Assembly: GCA_012727955.1 (NCBI GenBank)
Contig: JAAYGB010000008.1
Coordinates: 2,111 to 66,110 of the forward strand
Length of the DNA: 64,000 bases
Direction of reading: 5' to 3'
From: Bacillota bacterium
GTDB lineage: Bacteria; Bacillota; Limnochordia; DTU087; JAAYGB01
Shown: one piece after another, positions 1 through 7,263 of the stretch
How positions within the stretch are numbered: position 1 is the first letter of the stretch
Layout: every line of letters starts with the position of its first letter
Notes under the pieces: generated by a model
Told to the model about the DNA's origin: nothing
The model's input: only the letters and a program-made list of their open reading frames with translations
Database searches by the model: none
Made by a program: the position numbers and the translations under genes

Positions 1-283
1 CGTCAATTTGGTGGGCAGCAAGCACCTTGTCTAATTCGGTATAGTTGCTGTGAACCAAGACAAATCGTCCCGGCCCCTTCTGAAGTCGTCGCTGGGCCGC
101 TTCCAGGGCCGCCGGATCTCGATCGATGCCAATCAGCAGTCCCCCATCGCCGGCCTTGGCAAGAATCCCTTGGGCGTGTCCACCACCGCCTACGGTGCAG
201 TCAACGTAAGTCCCCCCGGGCTTGATCGCTAGACCTGTGATTACTTCATCGAATAGAACAGGTATGTGATGAAACTCTGACAT
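1..283 (-). CDS. rsmH: 16S rRNA (cytosine1402-N4)-methyltransferase RsmH, N-terminal part (gene runs off the window start)
   Basis: Absent from the ORF track because it has no stop in the window. My translation of the minus strand from ATG at 283-281 gives MSEFHHIPVLFDEVITGLAIKPGGTYVDCTVGGGGHAQGILAKAGDGGLLIGIDRDP... The HIPVL and GGGGH (SAM-binding) motifs are typical of RsmH/MraW. It lies directly downstream of mraZ, as in dcw clusters. Confidence 0.9.
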   Translation of the reverse strand, partial: MSEFHHIPVLFDEVITGLAIKPGGTYVDCTVGGGGHAQGILAKAGDGGLLIGIDRDPAALEAAQRRLQKGPGRFVLVHSNYTELDKVLAAHQID

Positions 284-316
284 CTAATCACCGCCGGTTG
301 ATATCCTTTTGCCGCC

Positions 317-748
317 CTAGATCCCCAACTCCTCAATTGACTCAGCTATATCTTCGTAGGAATCTTCGGCTTCCTGTATATACCCTTCCCAAAGGGCACG
401 ACTCCATAGCTCGACCCGATTGGATACCCCGATGGCGACAACTTCCTTCTCCAGTCTTGCATACTCCCGTAGGTTTGGTGGTATGGTGATCCGTCCTTGT
501 TTGTCCACGTCGCATTCCACGGCACCGGAAAACAAAAACCGGACGAAGCGGCGGGCTTCCTTCTTAGTTAGGGGCAGTTCCTTCAGTCTCGCCTCCAGGA
601 CTTCCCACTCCGAGCGTGGGTACATGAACAGACAATTATCAAGACCTCGGGTCACGACAAAGCCCTCCCCTAGACCCTCTCGAAACTTCGCGGGGACAAT
701 TAGCCGGCCCTTAGCATCCAATGTATGTTGGTATTCGCCCATAAACAT
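317..748 (-). CDS. mraZ: Transcriptional regulator MraZ
   Basis: ORF 317..772. The sequence [24 protein letters not shown]...[16 protein letters not shown] shows the two SpoVT/AbrB-like repeats of MraZ. The family-typical N-terminus MFMGEY begins at 748, so I chose that start. Confidence 0.93.
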   Translation of the reverse strand: MFMGEYQHTLDAKGRLIVPAKFREGLGEGFVVTRGLDNCLFMYPRSEWEVLEARLKELPLTKKEARRFVRFLFSGAVECDVDKQGRITIPPNLREYARLEKEVVAIGVSNRVELWSRALWEGYIQEAEDSYEDIAESIEELGI

Positions 749-794
749 AGAGGTCGGCTCCTTTGGTGACACCTAACAACCACTTCAGTGAAAA

Positions 795-828
795 AGCTCC
801 CCACTTTCCCCCACTTCCCACCACTATA
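795..828 (-). promoter_or_regulatory. Candidate mraZ promoter -10 (TATAGT, 828-823) overlapping three 10-bp-phased direct repeats (putative MraZ operator)
   Basis: The minus strand reads cacgagTATAGTGGTGGGAAGTGGGGGAAAGTGGGGAGCT. This contains GTGGTGGGAA (824-815), GTGGGGGAAA (814-805) and GTGGGGAGCT (804-795). MraZ is known in E. coli to bind three TGGGN repeats with 10-bp periodicity at its own promoter. I found no convincing -35. Confidence 0.5.
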
Positions 829-892
829 CTCGTGTATTTCGGGCCAAGCATCCCATTTCCTTCCTAATTAGACGAAATTTCTTACAATCCAC

Positions 893-922
893 ATAAGAAA
901 AAAGCACCCCGCAGGGTGCTTC
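893..922 (-). terminator. Rho-independent terminator after the Nif3-family gene
   Basis: A 7-bp stem (903-909 pairs with 914-920, loop cgca). On the minus strand it reads AGCACCCTGCGGGGTGCTTTTTTTC, i.e. a hairpin followed by a T-run, about 30 nt after the stop at 952. Confidence 0.75.
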
Positions 923-951
923 TTGATCCTATCTAATCCCTTGTTAGAGTC

Positions 952-1776
952 TTACCCCTGTGCAAAGGGGTCCCCTTCGCTGGCAATGTCCACGGTCAGG
1001 GAAACTGCCGCCGCGGTTGCTGCCTGGCTGATTACCTCGGCCAGCCAGTTGGCAGCCAATTTCTCGGTGCCAAAGTGTCCCAGATCCCATACTTCAAGGC
1101 CGAGATCCTGAGCCAACAGAGCATCGTGATAGTCCACATCCCCAGTGATATACAAATCTGCTGTCTGGGCAGCTGCAATCAAACTGCCGCCACTTCCCCC
1201 ACACACTGCCACCCTGCGGGGACCCCCGGATTGGCGCTGGCCCCGGATGATCCTAACTTCCCCGATATCCAAGGCCTCCTTCACGTAGGCTAAGTACTCA
1301 TCCCAACTGAAATGTCCCACCAGTTCACCGAGCCGACCCAACCCCGGTTGCGGGCTCTGGCCCTCCACCACCAAACCAGGAACAGCTTCGGTGGGGACTA
1401 AGGGCCTTGCATCGGTTAATTTGAGCACCTGGGCCAAGCGATGATTCAATCCGTAGGGGGCTCGGTCATAGTTGGTGTGACAGCTGTATACTGCGATCTG
1501 CCTGTGGCAGAGCTTCTGGATCAGCCTACCTAAGGGCTGGGAAGCATCGATCCTGGTGAGTGGACGAAAAATCAAAGGATGATGCGCAACGATACAATCA
1601 CTCCCTTGGGTTAGTGCCTGGTCCGCAACCTCCTCGGTCACCGTCAGGCAGGTCATTACCCTGTTCACCCGTTGCTGTGGATCTCCAATCTGTAAACCGA
1701 CGTTGTCCCAGGATTCGGCCAGAGATACTGGAGCAACTACTTCAATCCACTCCATAATGTCCTTGAGAGTTACCAT
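952..1776 (-). CDS. Nif3-like dinuclear metal centre protein (YbgI/YqfO family, GTP cyclohydrolase 1 type 2 homologue)
   Basis: ORF 952..1821. The sequence MVTLKDIMEWIEVVAPVSLAESWDNVGLQIGDP...IVAHHPLIF...CHTNYD...GHFGTE is the typical Nif3 signature. I chose the start at MVTLKD (1776). Confidence 0.85.
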   Translation of the reverse strand: MVTLKDIMEWIEVVAPVSLAESWDNVGLQIGDPQQRVNRVMTCLTVTEEVADQALTQGSDCIVAHHPLIFRPLTRIDASQPLGRLIQKLCHRQIAVYSCHTNYDRAPYGLNHRLAQVLKLTDARPLVPTEAVPGLVVEGQSPQPGLGRLGELVGHFSWDEYLAYVKEALDIGEVRIIRGQRQSGGPRRVAVCGGSGGSLIAAAQTADLYITGDVDYHDALLAQDLGLEVWDLGHFGTEKLAANWLAEVISQAATAAAVSLTVDIASEGDPFAQG

Positions 1777-1875
1777 GTTTTCACCCCTCTTACAGATACC
1801 GTTGGTAATCCTATCTACCACTTGGCCCCCTTTACCCTTGGTCCTTCCTGCTTTCTTCGTCGATATCCTGTCTAG

Positions 1876-1921
1876 AAGAAAAAAATCGAGTGGAAGGATG
1901 GTAACATCCCCTCCACTCGAT
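1876..1921 (-). terminator. Rho-independent terminator after the NADH dehydrogenase gene
   Basis: A 12-bp stem with one bulge (1885-1897 pairs with 1910-1921). On the minus strand it is followed by TTTTTTCTT (complement of the A-run at 1876-1884). It lies 19 nt after the stop at 1940. Confidence 0.75.
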
Positions 1922-1939
1922 TAATTACAATTCCTTGAG

Positions 1940-3817
1940 CTAAGCGGCTATATTCCGATCCTTAAACAAGAACAGCTTAAACCACTTATTGCGTACAAAG
2001 TAGCGCCATTGCCGCATCAGATAGGGCATCAGATAGTAGTCAACACCCCAAACTCGCCCAGCACCAGCCATCGTGGCAAAGCTGGCCACAATATACCAAT
2101 AATCCCACAGACCGGTACTCAACAGGAAGTTGATGTTCATTCCAATGCTCACAACGGAGGCCAAGAAGGTAAAGGTTCCCGTAATAAAGGCAATGCCGAG
2201 CCCAATTTCCGTCACAACCACCAGCCATTGAAAGACCATCGCATTGGGAACAATGAAATTCTCGATGATCCAAGCGTACCAATTTGGGGTGTGCTGACCA
2301 ATCAGGTTCATCAACGTAGCTCCACCTTCCCCAACGATGGAGGCACTAGCTGCGGTGTCCACTGCCGCACTGGCGCTAGAGACTACGTTGGCGACTCCAT
2401 TTGCTACTTCAGAAACGGTGGCTGAAGTGGAGCCCACGGCATCAACGGCTCGCTGCGCCGTCAACGCTACCCGCTCTAACCATCCGTCCTGAAACTTGCT
2501 GATCCCCGCTTCCAGCCACAGGTACCCCATATAGATCCGTAAGGGCACTAGGAAAAATACCGGCCGACGAATCTGTAAGTGCCCCTCGATGAAGTTGCGC
2601 CGGGGACGAGGCCGCATAAACTCATGCCGCAAGTAATCGATACAGGTTTCAAATCCACCGATTTCGAAGAGATAATGCAGATTGACCAAATGCTTGATGA
2701 TAATCGCTAACAATCCCGTCAGTTTGATCCCCATCAAGTCGGCAACTCCGTACCATCGACCGATGGACACCATCACTCCATGGAGCTTAGGAGTACACTT
2801 ACGCTTCTGCTGCTGCTTAAGCTCAGCGATAATGTTATCGGCGGCAGCCTGACCGGTTTGCATTGCTGCCTCAACTAAAGCCGGCAGCGTCATCCCATCG
2901 GCAGTGGTAAAGGCAGCATTATCACCGATGGCGTAGACATTGTCATAGCTGGTCTGCAGGTACTCGTTAACTTCAACCCGTCCCCGCTTGGCAACGGGCA
3001 GCCCACTTTCGGCCACCACCTGATTGGATTGAACTCCACCGGTCCAGATCATGCTCTCGGTAGGAATCAAATCGGTACCGTTTATTTCAACGGCTTCCGC
3101 TGTTACCTTAGTGATCCGGCACTCGGTAAGTACTTCAACGTTCAACTTCTCCGTCAAGTAGGCCTCAGCCTTGGTAATCAAGTCATCGGACAACACCGGC
3201 AGGATCTTAGGTAAAGCCTCAATGACCACCAAGCGGACATCGGAGCGGCGAATACCGTACTGGCTGCAAAGCTCGTCCTTCCACCGGGCCAGCTCCCCCA
3301 CCATCTCAATTCCGGTGAAACCGCCTCCACCGATGACGAAGGTCAAGAGCTGACGCCGCTTGACGGGATCCTGCTCATCCCTAGCCTGCAAGAACTTTTG
3401 GTGAATGTGTTCCTTAATACGAACCGCGTCCTGATAGGACCAGAGAGTCAATCCGTACTCTTCCATACCCTCGATTCCAAAGTAGGCGGGTTCACTACCA
3501 AAACCTAGAATTAGATAATCATACTGATAAGTCCGATGTGCCGAAGACACTTCTTGCTTATCGTAATCAATATTAATGATGCGATCTCGCACCAACTTAA
3601 CCCTGGTATACTGGAATATCCGTTCTAAGGGAATCAGAACAGCTTCTTCCTCAACCCGATTTCCTGCAACTTCGTGTAACTCTGTCAACAGGGTGTGATA
3701 ATCGTTTTGATCGATGAGGGTGATCTCTACATCTTTGTGCCGCTTCAGCTTCTTGTGCAACCGTAACGCAGCAACGACACCCCCGTATCCAGCCCCCAAG
3801 ACGAGAACTCTCTTCAT
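1940..3817 (-). CDS. ndh: Type-II NADH dehydrogenase (NDH-2, FAD/NAD pyridine nucleotide-disulfide oxidoreductase) fused to a C-terminal DoxX/DoxD-like multi-helix membrane domain
   Basis: ORF 1940..3880. MKRVLVLGAGYGGVVAA (first Rossmann GxGxxG), VIGGGGFTGIEMVGEL (second) and YAIGDNA are NDH-2 hallmarks. The last ~200 aa (FFLVPLRIYMGYLWLEAGISKF...WLVVVTEIGLGIAFITG...INFLLSTG...) are hydrophobic helices resembling DoxX. I chose the start at MKRVLV (3817), preceded by GAGGAGG. Confidence 0.85.
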   Translation of the reverse strand: MKRVLVLGAGYGGVVAALRLHKKLKRHKDVEITLIDQNDYHTLLTELHEVAGNRVEEEAVLIPLERIFQYTRVKLVRDRIINIDYDKQEVSSAHRTYQYDYLILGFGSEPAYFGIEGMEEYGLTLWSYQDAVRIKEHIHQKFLQARDEQDPVKRRQLLTFVIGGGGFTGIEMVGELARWKDELCSQYGIRRSDVRLVVIEALPKILPVLSDDLITKAEAYLTEKLNVEVLTECRITKVTAEAVEINGTDLIPTESMIWTGGVQSNQVVAESGLPVAKRGRVEVNEYLQTSYDNVYAIGDNAAFTTADGMTLPALVEAAMQTGQAAADNIIAELKQQQKRKCTPKLHGVMVSIGRWYGVADLMGIKLTGLLAIIIKHLVNLHYLFEIGGFETCIDYLRHEFMRPRPRRNFIEGHLQIRRPVFFLVPLRIYMGYLWLEAGISKFQDGWLERVALTAQRAVDAVGSTSATVSEVANGVANVVSSASAAVDTAASASIVGEGGATLMNLIGQHTPNWYAWIIENFIVPNAMVFQWLVVVTEIGLGIAFITGTFTFLASVVSIGMNINFLLSTGLWDYWYIVASFATMAGAGRVWGVDYYLMPYLMRQWRYFVRNKWFKLFLFKDRNIAA

Positions 3818-3952
3818 GCTTGCCTGCCTCCTCGCAGAGTGTTCGCGCGGAAATCTGCCAAACTTAACCGGTGCTCCCAATAACGGTCCCTTCCAATAAG
3901 CACTAGTTATCCAGGGATAGATATTGAGAACACAGTCACAGTTGCTTTACCC

Positions 3953-3982
3953 ATTATATCTCACAATTACTCTGTACCACAA
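3953..3982 (-). promoter_or_regulatory. Candidate sigma-A promoter for the NDH-2 gene
   Basis: The minus strand has TTGTGG (3982-3977), an 18-nt spacer, then a perfect TATAAT (3958-3953). Confidence 0.4.
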
Positions 3983-3984
3983 GT

Positions 3985-3996
3985 ATTTCTAGAAAT
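3985..3996. promoter_or_regulatory. Perfect 12-bp palindrome ATTTCTAGAAAT in the divergent control region (candidate operator)
   Basis: Read directly from the sequence: ATTTCT/AGAAAT. It lies immediately upstream of the NDH-2 -35 and about 44 nt upstream of the apbE-side -35. Confidence 0.35.
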
Positions 3997-4039
3997 TAGT
4001 CAGGAAAATTCTGGCTCCCCCTGATACCTCCAGCTACCT

Positions 4040-4067
4040 TTGATTTTGCTACATTCCGTGTTACAAT
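4040..4067 (+). promoter_or_regulatory. Candidate sigma-A promoter for the apbE operon
   Basis: TTGATT (4040-4045), a 16-nt spacer ending in TGT (extended -10), then TACAAT (4062-4067). If this promoter is real, the apbE start must lie downstream of about 4075. Confidence 0.4.
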
Positions 4068-5185
4068 GGCAATGTTGCGTACTCCTAGTTTTTCACCAAA
4101 GGACAGAGGTGAGGGGTTTGTCATTGTCGTATTTAGCAGTAGTCAACTTTTTCCGTTCCCACAAAAGACATTTGCTAATCTTAACAGTGCTCGTGGGATT
4201 GTTAGTAACGTCGGGGTGCAGGGAAAAACCCGCTCCTGAACCGGTAACCAGAACCCGAATATTGATGGATACTTTGGTGGAGGTCCGCTTATTCGAAGAT
4301 AACGATAAAATCATGGATGCGGTCTTCGATCGAATCAGTGAAATTGAGTCTCTCATGAGCCGAACTTTGGCCTCCAGTGAGATTTCCCTCATTAATCATC
4401 GTGCTGGCGATCAACCGGTGTCCGTTAGCTCCGACACCTTCACTGTGGTTACCCAGGCCTTGGAATACGCCCGCCTCACAAAGGGCGCCTTTGATCCCAC
4501 GGTGGGACCCTTGGTTGAGGCTTGGGGCATTTCCTCCGATCATCCCAGGGTGCCCTCCGAGGAAGAGTTGAGCCATTTGATCAGCCTAATAGATTACCAG
4601 CGCATCGAAACCGATGAACAGACACAATCGGTCTTTTTGCAAGAACGGGATATGGCGATAGACTTAGGTGGTATTGCTAAGGGATACGCGGCCGATGAGG
4701 CGGTGAAGGTACTGCGAGCCCAGGGTATCGATAGTGCTTATGTCAACCTCGGCGGCAATGTCTGGGTCGTGGGAGCCAAGCCCGATGGAAGCCCTTGGCG
4801 TATCGGAGTTCGTAATCCCTTCGATGAAAGCGGCGCCACCTTTGTAGGAGTCCTCTCACTCGTTGATACTTCAGTGGTAACTTCGGGAACCTATGAAAGG
4901 TACTTTATTTCCGATGGGGTGAAATATCATCACATCCTGGATCCAAAGACGGGATACCCCGCAGAGGGCAACCTAGCCAGTGTAACCATTGTTTCCCAGA
5001 ACTCAATGGCTGCCGATGGACTCTCTACAAGTATTTTCATTCTTGGCAAGGAACAGGGACAAGCTTTAGTGGAGACGCTGCCGGGTATCGAGGCCGTATT
5101 AGTGGACAACGACAGTAAGGTTTGGGTGTCATCGGGACTACGGGATCGTTTTGAAGTTATGGAAGGCTTTACTTTGGAGCACTAA
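4040..5185 (+). CDS. apbE: FAD:protein FMN transferase (ApbE family) lipoprotein
   Basis: ILMDTLVEVRLF, GGIAKGYAADEA and HHILDPKTGYP are ApbE signatures. The N-terminus has a signal peptide with a lipobox-like LLVTSGC. The true start is probably TTG at 4118, preceded by GAGGTGAGG, which gives (M)SLSYLAVVNFFRSHKRHLLILTVLVGLLVTSGC. Confidence 0.9.
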   Translation: MILLHSVLQWQCCVLLVFHQRTEVRGLSLSYLAVVNFFRSHKRHLLILTVLVGLLVTSGCREKPAPEPVTRTRILMDTLVEVRLFEDNDKIMDAVFDRISEIESLMSRTLASSEISLINHRAGDQPVSVSSDTFTVVTQALEYARLTKGAFDPTVGPLVEAWGISSDHPRVPSEEELSHLISLIDYQRIETDEQTQSVFLQERDMAIDLGGIAKGYAADEAVKVLRAQGIDSAYVNLGGNVWVVGAKPDGSPWRIGVRNPFDESGATFVGVLSLVDTSVVTSGTYERYFISDGVKYHHILDPKTGYPAEGNLASVTIVSQNSMAADGLSTSIFILGKEQGQALVETLPGIEAVLVDNDSKVWVSSGLRDRFEVMEGFTLEH

Positions 5186-5191
5186 TACAAT

Positions 5192-5605
5192 TTGCAGTCC
5201 GCAAGTGAGGATTTGATCATCGTGAAAAAGGGAGACCTGTTTTTACTGGTGGCTCTATTGGGGGCAATTCTAGTCAGCGGATTGTACCTGCGGTATCGCC
5301 AAGCCCCACAGGGAGATATCATTGCCGTCATCAGCGTCGACAACCAACCGATACAACGGATCAATCTCTCTCGGGTACAAGAGCCCTATACCCTTCCCAT
5401 TCGGCCGGATTCATCTCGCTACAATCTGCTGGCGATAGAACCAGGGCGAATTCGGGTGCTGGAGGCCAATTGTCCCAATCAGATCGACGTAAGGCAAGGC
5501 TGGATCTCCGATTCCACCCGAAGTATCGTCTGTGTTCCCAATCGTTTGGTCGTTAGAATCGAGTCCAGTGATAACTCCCTGGGGATTGACGGGGTAGTTC
5601 AATAG
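5192..5605 (+). CDS. NusG domain II-containing (DUF1312-type) single-pass membrane protein
   Basis: One N-terminal TM helix (LFLLVALLGAILVSGLYL) is followed by a small beta-rich domain (AVISVDNQPIQRINL...NLLAIEPGRIRVLEANCPNQIDVRQGWI...IVCVPNRLVVRIE). This is the family pattern that recurs next to Gx-transporter genes. The start is uncertain (TTG 5192 or GTG 5222). Confidence 0.65.
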   Translation: MQSASEDLIIVKKGDLFLLVALLGAILVSGLYLRYRQAPQGDIIAVISVDNQPIQRINLSRVQEPYTLPIRPDSSRYNLLAIEPGRIRVLEANCPNQIDVRQGWISDSTRSIVCVPNRLVVRIESSDNSLGIDGVVQ

Positions 5606-5627
5606 AACAGGAAGGTTTGTTTGCATC

Positions 5628-6176
5628 GTGAAGACGAAAAAACTTGTTACCATCAGCCTGTTAGTCGCTTTAGGCTTGGTTCTGCATCTTGTGGAACGAC
5701 TACTTCCCATCCCCCAGTTAGCTCCGGGGGTAAAACTGGGTTTAGCAAATATCGTGACCTTATTCTCTATCTACACTCTGCCGCTACCGGATACGATTCT
5801 GGTGGTCTTGTTGCGAACGCTTCTCAGTTCATTACTAGGCGGTGGAGTTAGCTCAATGCTATTTAGTCTAGCCGGGGGGTTCTCCGCTTTAGCGGTAATG
5901 TGGATCACCTCAAGGGCTAGAAACTGGTTTAGCCTGCCGGCTGTCAGTGTGCTGGGAGCTCTCGCCCACAATATTGGCCAGTTATTTGTCGCCTCAATAA
6001 TCGTCGGCAATTTCGCCTTTTATTCCTACCTGCCGGTCCTAATTGCTTCCGGCGCAGTAACGGGAGTGTTCGTTGGCTTAGTCACTAGACTGCTTCTAGA
6101 TAGTTGGAAGCGTACGGGACTTGCCGCGGCTGCCAACTATGATTCGGCCGCTCACAAGTTACAAGGAAGTAAATGA
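5628..6176 (+). CDS. Gx transporter family / Hpre_diP_synt_I (PF07456-type) polytopic membrane protein
   Basis: MKTKKLVTISLLVALGLVLHLVERLLPIPQLAPGVKLGLANIVTLF... with about 5 hydrophobic helices. This N-terminal motif is typical of the family historically annotated 'heptaprenyl diphosphate synthase component I'. Confidence 0.7.
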   Translation: MKTKKLVTISLLVALGLVLHLVERLLPIPQLAPGVKLGLANIVTLFSIYTLPLPDTILVVLLRTLLSSLLGGGVSSMLFSLAGGFSALAVMWITSRARNWFSLPAVSVLGALAHNIGQLFVASIIVGNFAFYSYLPVLIASGAVTGVFVGLVTRLLLDSWKRTGLAAAANYDSAAHKLQGSK

Positions 6177-6188
6177 GGAGGTGGGCAA

Positions 6189-7208
6189 TTGAGCTTCTGG
6201 GACCACAACCCGAGCCTTGCAAAACATTTGGCAGCGGTGGATGAAAAACTGCAGTCTGCTGCCAACTGCAAAGAGAAGCTGATTCAGGAGGCCGTTACCG
6301 AACTGATCAACGCTCCGGGAAAAAGGATCCGTTCCGCGGTGACCCTGCTTTCCGCGTCCTTTGGAACCTTTGATGAGTCCACCATCTCCGTTGCTGCCGC
6401 CATTGAGTTGTTGCACATGGCTACCCTAGTTCACGACGATATTATCGATGAAGTAAAGTTGCGGCGAGGGGTACCAACCACCCAATCTCGCTTCGGCAAA
6501 GACTGCGCGGTCTACACTGGAGATTGGCTGTTTGTAAAATCCTTCCAACTCCTGTGTGAGGCCAAGGCAACGGAGCATCTGGAGCCGTTGGCCAGAGCAA
6601 TGCAGCGGATCTGTGAAGGTGAGGTCAATCAGTATTCCAATCGGTATATTCCCCGTCCTTCCGTTCTGGCTTACCTACGTAGGATTCGAGGCAAGACAGC
6701 AATCCTGTTTGCCCTGGCTGCCGCGGTAGGAGCCAAACAGGCCCAGTGTCAGGAAAAGGAAGTCCGCCTGTTAGCCCGCTACGGCCTATATCTGGGCATG
6801 GCCTTTCAGATTCAAGATGATATCCTCGATCTGGTGTCTACCGAGGAGAAGATGGGCAAACCCGTAGGAAATGATATTAAGGAAGGTGTTTACACCCTTC
6901 CTATCATTTATACCTTGATGAATTCTCAGTACAGTGAAAAGCTGAAGGACCTCTTGGCCCAGGAAACCACCCAAGAAACCCTCGAAGGGATAACGGATTT
7001 AGTAATCAAAGCCAAGGGAATTGAGCAGGCCAGAAAACTGCTGCAAAAATACTTGACCAAGGCCATGGACATGTTACAGCAATTGCCGCCCAACTCCAAT
7101 AGGGAAACGCTACAGCTTCTCTTGGAGGTTCCCTTTCAGTCCACTGATCCTCTTCAGGCCTGGCAGAAGTCACCGAAAAAGCGAAGGTTTTCCACCAGAA
7201 CCGCCTAA
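6189..7208 (+). CDS. trans-Polyprenyl diphosphate synthase (HepT/DmkB-like, heptaprenyl diphosphate synthase component II type)
   Basis: First aspartate-rich motif LVHDDIIDE, second motif FQIQDDILD, and GKPVGNDIKEG. TTG start at 6189, 10 nt after GAGGAGG. Confidence 0.9.
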   Translation: MSFWDHNPSLAKHLAAVDEKLQSAANCKEKLIQEAVTELINAPGKRIRSAVTLLSASFGTFDESTISVAAAIELLHMATLVHDDIIDEVKLRRGVPTTQSRFGKDCAVYTGDWLFVKSFQLLCEAKATEHLEPLARAMQRICEGEVNQYSNRYIPRPSVLAYLRRIRGKTAILFALAAAVGAKQAQCQEKEVRLLARYGLYLGMAFQIQDDILDLVSTEEKMGKPVGNDIKEGVYTLPIIYTLMNSQYSEKLKDLLAQETTQETLEGITDLVIKAKGIEQARKLLQKYLTKAMDMLQQLPPNSNRETLQLLLEVPFQSTDPLQAWQKSPKKRRFSTRTA

Positions 7209-7214
7209 GTTCTT

Positions 7215-7243
7215 GGCCACCCTTTCCGGTGGCTTTTCTTTTT
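7215..7243 (+). terminator. Rho-independent terminator after the polyprenyl synthase gene
   Basis: GCCACC (7216-7221), a 6-nt loop and GGTGGC (7228-7233), followed by TTTTCTTTTT. Confidence 0.7.
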
Positions 7244-7263
7244 CTAATCCTTCAGCAGTAAGC

